Origin: Carcharhinus longimanus
Taxonomy: Eukaryota
Length of the DNA: 61,339 nt
Reading direction: 5' to 3'
Assembly: GCA_030264375.1 (NCBI GenBank)
Contig: JASCQW010000081.1
Coordinates: 36,129,292-36,190,630, forward strand
This document shows, piece after piece, positions 24,601 through 36,600 of this stretch. The translations under genes and the position numbers were made by a program. Each line of letters starts with the position of its first letter. The first letter of the stretch is position 1. A model generated the notes under the pieces. The model worked only from the letters and a program-made list of their open reading frames with translations. It made no database searches and was not told the DNA's origin.

Positions 24601-27600
24601 AGGAGGTGAGAGCTCTGTCTTGTCAGCTTGGATCAGAAATGTCTCAACTCGTTGAGACTCTGAATTGGATTTGATTGGATTGAATTGGAATAAAAAAAAT
24701 CTGTTCTTTTAAAAAAAAAACTGAGTTAGGCAGTTTTATAGATCAACCTGCATTTAAGCTCTGACTTTAAAGGCAGTTAAACACGTGGAGAGTGGATAGC
24801 TGAATATTTTGAAGTACTGTGAGAAGAGGGGCAGGAGATAATAAGAATTGGATGGACAGCCAAAATCTGTGGGAATGAAATTATGCCCAGAGGAAATCGC
24901 ACTAATAGGGTAGGACAAGGCCATGAACATTTGAGGATGAAGATTTAAAATTCAATCAGAATGAAAGTGATAGGTGAATGTGCAATAGCCTTTGGTAGTC
25001 GAGGTTTGAATGAGGTAGAAAAGATAATGTGAGGCCAGCAATTGTTTTTCTCCCAAAACTTCAGTCAGCCTTTTTTCTAATTTAAAATAACAAAGATATA
25101 GACATGGTCCGCCTTAATAGGTTATTTGACATAAATGGGTTGGGGAGGACAAGGTGACAAATATAAATTACATGCTTAGGCATTTTTTTTTTACTTAAGA
25201 GCATCAACTTCTGGAATGTGTTGTGGCATATGTACTGATTATCTGCTCTAAGTATTCAAAAGAGAGTTAGCCAGATTTCTCAGTGTGACATGCATAATTG
25301 TATATGGAAGATTAATGGATATTGTTATGACCTCCTCGTCATCAATCTCCTAGCCATTAGTTTCCAGGACGGCAACAAAGTATCAAGTTTTTGCTATTGA
25401 TACATGTTCTGTGACTGCTGTCTGAGAAACCTATGGCTTAAGTTTGAGAATTCTCTGAAATATCAATCTGCCAGTTGAAAAGATAGAGGATTTGAACTGC
25501 CAACATACATCTGTGTTTGCAACTCCCAGATGATGTGTCTGGACATGCTGAACTTAAGCTCCGCTTTCTTCCAAATCATTATTCCAATATTTAAAGAAGT
25601 GTTGATTAGACTTGCAGTGGAAATACCTACTTGAAATGATACAAAACGTTAATTAGGACACGGGTTTTTCTAAGGTGATTTTCCTAATGAAATTTTTGCA
25701 GCAAGTTACACATGTTACAAATGAATCCTTCCACTTTGAATTTAGATAGGTTTGTTTGTTTTCCACTTATTTTTAAAAAAACACAGTATATTATGAAACC
25801 AGACTAGACCCCAGCATCTTTGTATTTTGGCACTAATATGAGGTTAAGGTGTTTCACTCCAGGTGTGATCCTGCTGACACACTGGGAAACTTTCAAAATA
25901 AATTTTACTTAACGCAATCTAGTTATGATAAATGAATTAGCTTAATTTTTCACAATTGAACAACGCTTAGACATGACAAAACCCACTTCTTAACTGTTAA
26001 CTTATCACTTAGTTTCAAGAAAGCACTATTTCTCTGATAGACTTAAACCCATCTTTGAAATTAGTTGGCAAGCACAGACATATTTGTGACTTGGGTTACT
26101 AGGCTTGGAGCTTTCAGAAAGCCTTTGAGATTAAAGAGAGTGCTTTATTCTGGCAGCCAATGCAGCAACTGCTATATTTTAAAATGGCAATGAAATTTTG
26201 TTGTTTATTTTCCCTGCAAGTTTAGCTACTCCCACTAATCACATGATTCAAATATGTGAAAGACTTGCTATGCTGAGTCAAAAATCTCGGAAGAACTTGA
26301 ATAAACAAAAGGTCCATTAACTCTACAAAGTTACATATCCCTGGCTAAAATCAGTTATTATCCTGCATTCTCAACACTTGAGCTATGTGGCTTACCAGAC
26401 AACTCAACTCTTGTAACAAATCACTACTTCTTAAAGCAGCTCCACCTTGCACACAAAACACATCAAAATCGTGGCTCAGTGGTTGATACTGCTGCCTCCC
26501 TGCAACTTGGACCCAGATTTGATTCCTGGCTTGGGTCAATGTCTATGTGCTGTTTGCACATTCTCCCCATGTCCTCCGGGTGCTCCAGTTTCCTTCACAG
26601 TCTGAAAGACATGCTGGCCGGGTGCGCTGGCCGGGTGCATTGGCCACATTAAATTCTCCTTTGGGCAATGGAGTGTAACAACTAGGGGATTTTCACAGTA
26701 ACAGTGATGTGTTAATGTAAGCCTACTTGTGGCACTCATGAATAAAACTTAAACAGTATCATCACAAACGTATTCTTAAATTCTTATGGTATTTTATTTG
26801 TATTAAAGCTCAGACATTAAAAGCAAAAAAATTTGTGCTCCAATAAGAGAAAAATGTAAAAAGACATTACTACAATTTCAGCTATGCATTTGTCTCCCCC
26901 GCCTACGCAGTGTCAATCATCTCATTGAACCCAACTCTCCTGTTCCCTTCAACACCACCTCTATCAAGTGAAAGGAACTCATGGATTATACTATCATGGT
27001 GCAGTGGTTAGCATTGCTGTTTCACAGCGCCAGGGACCCGGGTTTGATTTCCAGCTTGGGTCACTGCCTGTGTGGAGTTTTCACGTTTTTCCCCTTGTCT
27101 GTATGAGTTTCTCCTGGGTGCTCCAGTTTCCTCCCACAGTCCAAAGATATGTGGGTTAGGCAGATTGGCCATGGTAAATTCTCCCTCGGTGTACCCAAAC
27201 AGGTGCCTGAATGTAGCGTCTAGGGGATTTTCACAGTAACTTTGTGTCACAAGCCCACTTGTGACACTAATAAATAAACTTCAAATAAAGAAACACTTAC
27301 TTGCCTTTGTTGCAAGTGGTATGCAGCAAGGGCTCATAAGAGGGACTGCAAGTGAGAAGCACTGAGCGTTCAGCAGGGCTGTAGCAAATTGGAGGCACGT
27401 GGTAGGCAGTTAATGGGCACACAACAATGTTATCAGTGAAGGGAGAAATGATGCCTGTGTCAGTGGAGTGAGCTGGTGCCATGTGGGCATGTGTAACTAT
27501 TTCTATTTGGCATCTGGAATTACACTAACTGAAAAACTTAACCAAAGTTAGGAATAGCATTTTTTCTGACTGGAATTATGGTGGATTATGTCTAAATACT

Positions 27601-30600
27601 GACCTCTCCAGAGCTTTTAAGACATTTAGCCACACCAGCTTTCTCAAAATCAGTAATCTGTTATCTACTCGGTGAGATTTCATCCCTTGGTTCCAGTCTT
27701 GGATCTCTTGTTATTACAAGAACATTTGTCATTCTTATTTCTCTTTCGAGCTGTGCACCAGTGCCTCAGGAATTCTCCAAGTAACCATCCTTGGCCGTCA
27801 CCTCTTACTCATCGGAAGGCTTCTACTTGGTGACACCTTTTGCAGATGCAGGGTAGGCCTGTAGACTTAACTGATGACACCCCAAAGTTGCCTCTCAACC
27901 ATGGTTGTCAGCCTTCCATGTGCCTCCACTCTCCCAGGTGCTCGGTGTCTCCAATTTGCTACCGCCCTGCAGGTCCAAAATCTAGTCTTGAATAAGCTAT
28001 AATTTTGAGCCAAACATTGAGAAGATTGAAGCTGTTGTCACCCAGTTCTATCCCCTTCCTCAGTTTGTGTTTTGGGCTGAACCAGATAGTTTAAAATTTT
28101 GGCAACCAAACTGAATTTTCAGCACCATATCATTGTCTGCAGAAGGGCCACAGCTTTCTACCTCCATAACATCATCCATCTGTACCATAGCTCATCTGCT
28201 GCGGAAACCATCATCTATGACTTATTTGTTGGAAGTTTTGAGTTTTGTTTTATAACAAGTATGTATACAATGGTACAATGGTAAGGGGTGTTTTTAAGTA
28301 ATTGTAATATTGCCATGTAATTGGCAAACATGCTGAAATTAACATAGAATTAATGAAGTTTTTTAATCCTACAGGTGCTATCAAGCAAATTTTAGAAAAT
28401 GAGCTTCAAATTCCTTTATCTCAAATGCAGTTAAAAGGTTGGAAGTCAACTGATGTAAGCGACAGTGTAAGTTTTTGTTATATTAAACTTCTGTGGAATT
28501 GATTTCCAGATGGTGACTAAAACAACTTCTGTTCCCTGTAGATGTATTGCTAGAAAGCAAAGTTGAAATTACTTGATGTCTCAGTAGATAGCTAGTTACC
28601 AATACTTGACAAATTAACATCAAGTGCCTATCAGTACTTTCTGAGATGCTTTTAAACATTCAGTTACTTCAGTAGTGGTCAAGATGCTGCCAAAAGCAGA
28701 ATTTTAGATTTACCTTTCTGATCTGAGATGTTTGTAATTTGATGATAAGAAACTGTGCCACAGTACTGCAGAGTTTTAATCATATTTTCACCCCAATCCA
28801 TCTTTGAGAACTTTTGTAGAAGAAATCATTAAGCAAATAATAATGTAAATACTTGCATTTGGATAATGTCGCATATAAGCTATCAACACTTTGTTGCTTT
28901 GTTAATGATCTTTGCACTTGCAAAATCTGTTTTTTTGGCTTTCTGCACTTCAGAAATTTTACCTGGAAAATACATTTTTAATTTTTTTGATTCATTGGAT
29001 ATGACTGACAGTGGCTGGGCCAGCATTTGTTACTCATCCCTAATTGACCATGAATTGAGTGGCTTGCTCTGCCATTTCATAGAACATTTAAGAGTTGACC
29101 ACATTGCTGTGAATCTGGAGTCACGTGTAGGCCAGACCAGGTGAAGATGACAGATTTCTTTCTCTAAAGGATGTTAGTAAACCAGATGGGTTTTTTATTA
29201 CAGTCGATAATGGTTTTGTGGTCATCAATAGACTTTTATTTCCAGATTTTTATTGAATTCTAATTTCACCATCTGCTGTGGTGGGATATGAACCTGGGTC
29301 CCCAGATTATGAATCTGCTTCTCCTGAATTGTACTAGCTAAATAAATAATTGCGATTTTCTACCCAGAAACTGTACACACTTTGACAAAAATAAGTCCAA
29401 CCTATGCGATCAAGGATATTTAAAGTGAGTAATTTGAATGTTAAAATGTGTTATGGTTGCATGAAGGAGAAAGCAAGAGGCATGGAAAGAAGATGACAGA
29501 GATAAACATAAAAAATTAAGCACCTTCATTCTCCTTTACCTGCACACCGTGACAGCAGTTTGTACCATAAATGAGGTGCATTGCAGCAACCCACCAAACT
29601 TCATTTGACAGCACCTTCCAACCTGTCACCTCTGCTACCTGGATAGACAAGGACAGCAGATTGATGGGAACATTACTACCTGCAAGTCCTAATTCAAGCT
29701 GCACACCAGCCTGACTTGAAGGTATATCACTGTTCCTTCACTATTGCTGGGGAAAAACCTGGGACTCCCTTCCAAATAGCACTGTAGGTATACCTACACT
29801 GGATGAACTGTAACACTCAAGGACATTTAGAGATGAGCAACAAACGCTGTTCTTTTTTCCCAAAAATGCTCACATTCCATTTCCTGAAGCCGATTCCAAA
29901 ATAACATATTCACCATTTACAGAGAGCCTTTAGAAAGGTAGTAATCAGCATTACTATGCATACTATCAACTAATCCTCAAAAGACCAAAGTTTCACTTAT
30001 ATAGTTAAGCAATCAAGGCTAACAAATGAGATCAGAAGCTAAAAGTGAAGATTTTTCTAAGGGAAAGTGAAAATTCAGTGAACTGGGAGAGCTGTTTAGA
30101 AGTGACAAAGGGGTGCAAAGAGAGTCTTGAGCTTCATGATGGGGAGTTTGAAGAAAACTCGCAAGGGTAGTAAACAGAAAATTGGAGCAGGTGAAGGCCA
30201 TTCAGCCCTTCTAGCCTGTTCTGCCACTCTTTCTGATCATGGCTGATCCTCTATCTCAATGCCCTATTCCCATTTTCCTCCATATCCTTTGATTTCTTTA
30301 GCCCCAAGAGTTATAGCTAGCTCCCTTCTTGAGAACATTTGTTTTGGTCTTATCTGCTTTCTATGGTTAAAAAAATTCCACAGACTTGCCATTCTGGCTG
30401 AAGAAATTTCTTCTCATTTCAGTCCCAAATGGTTTATCCTGTATCCTCAGACTGTGACCTCTGGTTCTGGACAGCCCACCATCAGGAACATCCTTCCTGC
30501 ATCTACTCTGTTTAGCCTTTTTTAGAGTTTTATAGGTTTCTGAGAGATTTCCCCCATACTCTTCTAGACTCTAGTGAATATAATCCTAACTGACTCAATC

Positions 30601-33600
30601 TCACCAATCAACCTGACCTACGTATCTTTGGAGCGTGGGAGGAAACCAGAGCACCTGGAGGAAACTCAGAGACTGGAGAATGTGCAAACTCCATACAGAC
30701 AGTGACCTGTGGCTGGAACTGAACCTGGGTCCCTGGATTTGTGAGGCAGCCGTGCTAACCACTATATCACTGTGCCACCCTCCACTGTGGCCGCCATAAC
30801 CTGGAGCCGAACATTGAACAAGCTATGTTAGACCAGATACTGTGCAATGTGATGGGAATAATTAATGATCTCTATAGCAGTGACTGTAATATGGTTGAAT
30901 TTTACATTCAGAAGGGGTTGCTAGATTATCGGGGATAGGCAGAATACAGATTTGAGCTTATTATCGGATCAACCGTGGTCTTATTAAATGGCAGAGCAGG
31001 CTTGAGGGGCTGAATGGTCTAGTGCTCCTTGCTTGTATGTTTGTATATATGTAAATATGAGGCCATTCACTTTGCTTACAATAATTACAATCTGCAGATG
31101 TCCTTGCCCCCCCTTGTGTCTCCTTGACCATTTGTTGAAAATGCTAAGGATGAGCTAGTGAGTTTGGTGAATTCTGCAGTGGACTGTTCCTCTAATTATA
31201 GCTTGTTCCTCTCCCAGATCTGCTATTCACTAGTGAACCTATCAGCAACAAATATAGTTAACCTTTTAATAAGGTTTAATAAATGTCTTCTTTCGTTAAA
31301 AGTACATCAGCAATCTCTGTGGCTCTGTTCAGCAGCTGCTTCCATGTTTCTAAACAAAAAAATAAGAGTGAGGATCTGTCAAGTCAGGTTTCACTCTGGG
31401 ATCTCACTTGCCCAATAGTAACATTAGCTGGAAACTGATTTCTATGATTATTCAACAACTTCCTTGTCATTACATCATGTATCAAGATAATAGAAGGTTT
31501 GTTAGGCTGTTCATGACGTTTTAGACGAGCAATCAGTATATAATGCATTTATAGAATTGTCATCATGTACATTAAATAACTTTCATTTTAAACACGCACT
31601 TCATTGGAGAATGGATCATAGCTATGATTCAATGTATTGTGGGAGACTAACATTTATTAGAACTGTTACTTCCGATCCTTTTTCAGTCTTTATTTGGGAG
31701 TAAACAACAGACTGAGATGGCTCTAGTAAAAACAATACAAATAATTTATATCTTTATTCATTTTGATATGCATGTATTCTATTGACAGGATTCATACCAT
31801 TTAAAGTTTGTGTTTGTGTTATCGAGTCAGGAACCAAACTAACCAGACACTTTGGGTACTGTTTAGATTGTGTTTCACGGACTTAACCTCCTGGGTTGTA
31901 AGCATAACTGATAAGTTTTTTTGTCGCATTATTGTGATTGTTTTGATCTGTTTTAAATCCTTGAGATTTAACTTGACCTATTGTTTTTCTCCCCAACTGT
32001 AGACTATTTTGAGGTCTCTTCACTTGCCGAAGAATAATAGTCTTTATGTTCTCACACCTGACATTGTTCAACCAGGATCAGATGGACCAGCAACAAGTCA
32101 GTCTAGGTAAGCTGTCAAAGTCGTTTCATTTTTTGTGTGTTTATTGAGTGCCTGATAACTTTGCTTTGGCATTGATTTGTTTGGCTATGTTGATGCTATC
32201 CAGTCGACTGGTGGGAGTACAATAATTGATTGGGAACACTTTCATAATTTCCATGTGATCTGTCTGACTTAGTGTGAATAGTAGCAAATTTAATTCGGAT
32301 GAATCAACAAAGATTAGAATGCAAAGTAAAGCTTGGATTTGGGGGTTATATTTTGTGGAGTTCTCCCATTTGTCGCAATGCCAGTGTAAGAGCCACGGAA
32401 ACCCTGGAAAAGCTTCATTGTTACTGTTTATGCTATTTTTCCAGGGTGTCCGTAGGTGTTCCGACAGCTATGGTGGACGAGCAGGCGAAACATTGCAGAA
32501 ATTCAGCCTCATTGAATCTAGATGGGAGGGAGGTCTGCAGCTATGCTGTAAGATTATTTTGTCTGAAATGATTTTAAAATTAGCAGTGAGTGCATTAACA
32601 AACAATACATAATGTCAAAAATTTATTGTATCACTCGTAAATTTCCTAAATAATTTGACATAACCACTAAGAGGAAGAAAAATGAAAAAACTTGAGATAA
32701 AATGTGGCTTCATGGAGACTTTTGTCTTCATTATTGGAAATACACAACAGCTGAAAAGAGAGGTTAATGTTCAGGTAAAGTCTGACAAAATTCCACACTG
32801 AGTTTATTACTATATCTATACTCAGCTATTTTTAAATATATTGATTTGAATCAAGAGTTACTTAGATCCTTATGTCAGTGCACCAATGGCTCAAAGGCCT
32901 GCATCTTTGTATTTTATGATAAGAGTCCTTCCATAGAACTTCAAGTATACGCTGACAATTAAGCATAAACAGTACAAATAATAATTTGAGTGGGGTTGAT
33001 CAAAAAATAAGTAAATGTATAGCTTTTCTTTCAATGGTGGTGCTTTGGGTAAAATTATTAATTGCTGGGCAAAACTATGTTCTTATGGGGACTGAGGGAG
33101 GTTTACCTTGTTTTGATTCGTAATTTGGACACTGCACTTGAAGTCAGCCTAGCCCACTGCAACTAATAATTCTTTCAGTGCTGTTCATTCTCTCTCTTCA
33201 TGTAGCATCTTCAATTCACAGCACATAACTATGCATGAGTCAATGATGTGCGATATCATGATGGGGCAGTAGGTCCCAGCAATTGCTTCAGTTGATAAAG
33301 GGATTGAATCCCCAGTGTTAGCACTATTAAGCACAGCACTCTAACCTTCTGAGCTATCCAATCTGGGAGGATTTTTGGTTGTTTTAAATGAGGGGAAGGA
33401 ACTTTTAGAGTTGCCTACTGAAAAAGTGTTTATTCAATATTGTTTTTTGCTTTGTAAACACCTTAAAACTTGAACTCTTGCCATATGATCTTTTTAGTCA
33501 TTCATTGGGAGTTTGAATTCCTTTTTAGAAGTTGTTGGTCATTATGAAGATTGTAACAATTCAAATAGGTGCCTCTGCAGAATTTCAAATCCACAGGCTG

Positions 33601-36600
33601 AGATGAGAAGGAAAAGAAAGACTTTCAACAGCTATAAGGGGAGCAAATTAATGGAGTACAGGAAGTGCAAAGTGGAGCATCGGAAAGTATTTAGAAAAGC
33701 AAAGGTGGAATATGAGAAAGTTCTGACTGGTAAAGGTAGGGAAGTTCAAATATATTCTTTACCTTCTTCCTATTGATATACTTAATCAGGGAGAGAGTAG
33801 TGCCCATTAGGACCAAGGGGGCATTCTGTGGGTGGAGCCAGAGGACACTGGTAGAACGCTGAATGAATACTTCACATTTGTTTTCATCCAAGAGAATGAG
33901 GATGAAGGTATGTGATTCAGGGAAAGAGACTGCAAGGTTCTTGAACAAATTGAAATAGGGAAGGACAAGATGTAGAAGGTATTGGCAGGTTTAAGAGTGG
34001 GCAAATCCCCAGGTCCAGGTGAATTGTGTCCCAGGCTTCTATGGAGGCAAGGGAGGAAATTGCAGTGCTCTGACCCAGATTTTTAATTCCTCTTTGCCCA
34101 CAGGGGAGGTGCCAGAGGACTAGATAATAGTCCATGTGGCTTCTCTATTTAAGAAGAGTTGTAGAAAAAAAGCCAGAGAACTACAGACCAGTGAGTCTCA
34201 CGTCAGTGATAGTGAAACTATTGGAGAAAATTCAAGGCGATGCTTGATTAGGGATAGTCAGTTTGGCTTTGTCAGAGGGAGGTCATGACTAACAAATTTG
34301 ACTGAATTTTTTGAGGTGGTGACTAGATGTATAGATGAGGGTTGTGCAGTTGATGTAGTTTATATGGATTTCAGCAAATCCTTTGACAAGGTCCCATGTG
34401 GGAGATGTATAAAGAAGGCAAATGAGATACAGGGTAATTTGATAAAGTGGCTTTAAAGTTTGCTCTGCTGTATGAGACATGATGACATACGGCTGCTTTA
34501 GTAACTGGAAGCCAGTGGCGTATCACATGAATAGTGCTGGGTCTCCTATTATTAGTCATTTATATAAACACACAGATGACTATGTGGGGGGTAGGATTAG
34601 TAAGTTTGCAGATGACACAAAAACTGGCCAGGTGGTTGAGGCTAAGTGTCTTGGGCTACAAGAAGATATAGATGGGATAGTTAAATGGACAGATAAGTGT
34701 CAGATGAAATTTAACCCTGAAAAGGGTGAGGTGATGCACTTTGGAAGGAGTAATTTGACAAAGAAGTATTCAGTGAACAGCATGATGCTAGGAAGTTCTG
34801 TAGAGCAAAGAGACCTCGATGTGTTTATCCATAGATCTCAAGATGGTGGCAGGGTGGTGAAGAAGGCATATGGGATACTAGCCTTTATCAATTGAGGCAT
34901 AGATTACAAAAGCAGGGAAGTCTGTTGGAGTTCTATAGAACATTGGTGAGACCATAGTTGGGATACCGTGCAGTTCTGGTTGCTGCACTATAGGAGGGAT
35001 GTGATTGCACTGGAGGGGTGCAGAGGATATTCACCAGGAGCCATCTGGGATTGAACACAAGTTACGAAGAGAAGTTGGATAGGCTTGCATTGTTTTCATT
35101 GGAGCAGAGAAGACTGAGGGGCTACCTGATCGAGGTATACAAGATTGAGGGGCATGGACAGAGTGGATAAGGAGCAACTGTTCCCTTTAGTTGAAAGGTC
35201 AGTTATTAGTGGACACACGTTTAAGGTGAGGGGCAGAAGGTTAAAGGGACGATTCTAGGAACAGCTTTTTTACCCAGGGGGTGGTGACAATCTGCAATGT
35301 GCTGCATAGGAAGGTGGTAGAGGTGAATTACCTCACATTCTTTGAAATACCTGGATGAGTACTTGGCAAGTCAACATTTAAGACTGTGAGCCAAGTACTG
35401 GTAAATTGGATTAGATGGGAGGTTAAATGTTTTTCATGTGTTGGTGCAAACTCGATGGGCCAAAGGGCCTCTTCTGCTCGGTATAATACTAAGATTTTAT
35501 GTTTCTATGACTTTTAAGTACACTGGGATTTGCCAGCAAACAAGATTTCACAGTGACTTGCTATGTTATTGAATAGTTGACATGGCAATACCTATTGCAG
35601 AAGCATTCTTTGAGAAAGAAGACCTGCCTTTGAGTGCCTTGTAAATAGTTAACCAAGGTTAATTTGAAGACTATCAGAGAGCGTGAAAATAGATTCAAAA
35701 GTGGGTGGTAAAAAGGTAGAAATTGTGGAATTATTGACAACATTTGAACCTGGAGGGAAAAAAAGACTTACCCAGTTAAATTCTAACACAGGTTGAATTA
35801 GCAAGATCTGATTTCAAATGAAGCCAACAGAATTTCAAGAGAAATTACTTGAGACCTCAAAATTGTGATGGATAAACACAAATTAGAACTCCACAGGGAA
35901 CAAAAGACAAACCTTAAATTGCAAAGTTAGAGGGAAGCTAGAAAGTTTGAACCGGACAGAGAAGGGCTTTGATTATTCAAACAGGGAGACTTGATGAGTT
36001 AGCTGTAACTCTTGGTTGAGTTCATAAGGAATATTCACTTACTGCCAAAATTCAGTGAGAAAGAAATCGTAATATATTTTCTGGTTTGTAAAAATTGCTA
36101 CAAAGGTATAATCTAGACAGATGTAGACAGTTTAGTCAGTCTTTGGTGTGGAAACCATTTGATGTATTCAACCCTTTCAGGTGAGCAGTTTGCAGATTAT
36201 AATATACTGATATGCTTAAATCATATGAGTTAGTTCTAGAAAAGTACAAACAAATGTTTAGCAATCTGTTGAAGAGACTGAATCAGGCCTTTGTGGCATT
36301 TGCTATAGAAAAAGAAATGGTATTTGATAGATGAGAAAGAGTTATCAAACTTGAAGATTTTGCAAACTTCAGGTATTGTTGATGGGAGAATTTAAAAAGT
36401 GTTCCTTCAGGAATAAAGTTCCACCTAGAAGACTGCAAAGATTTGAAGATGAGAGGTTGCTGTTGCAATCTACAAACACTTGAGTGGCAGTAAACTTTTG
36501 TTTGCAAACCCAAAGAGAAGCTAGAGAGGTGAGAGAAGTGATAATGAACAGAACACTAATTACCATGAGGGGAATTAGCAGAAATTGAATGACTGCTTCT

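Noticed and set aside
34479-34895. Intact reverse transcriptase gene
   Set aside because: Short remnant within a frameshifted, 5'-truncated CR1
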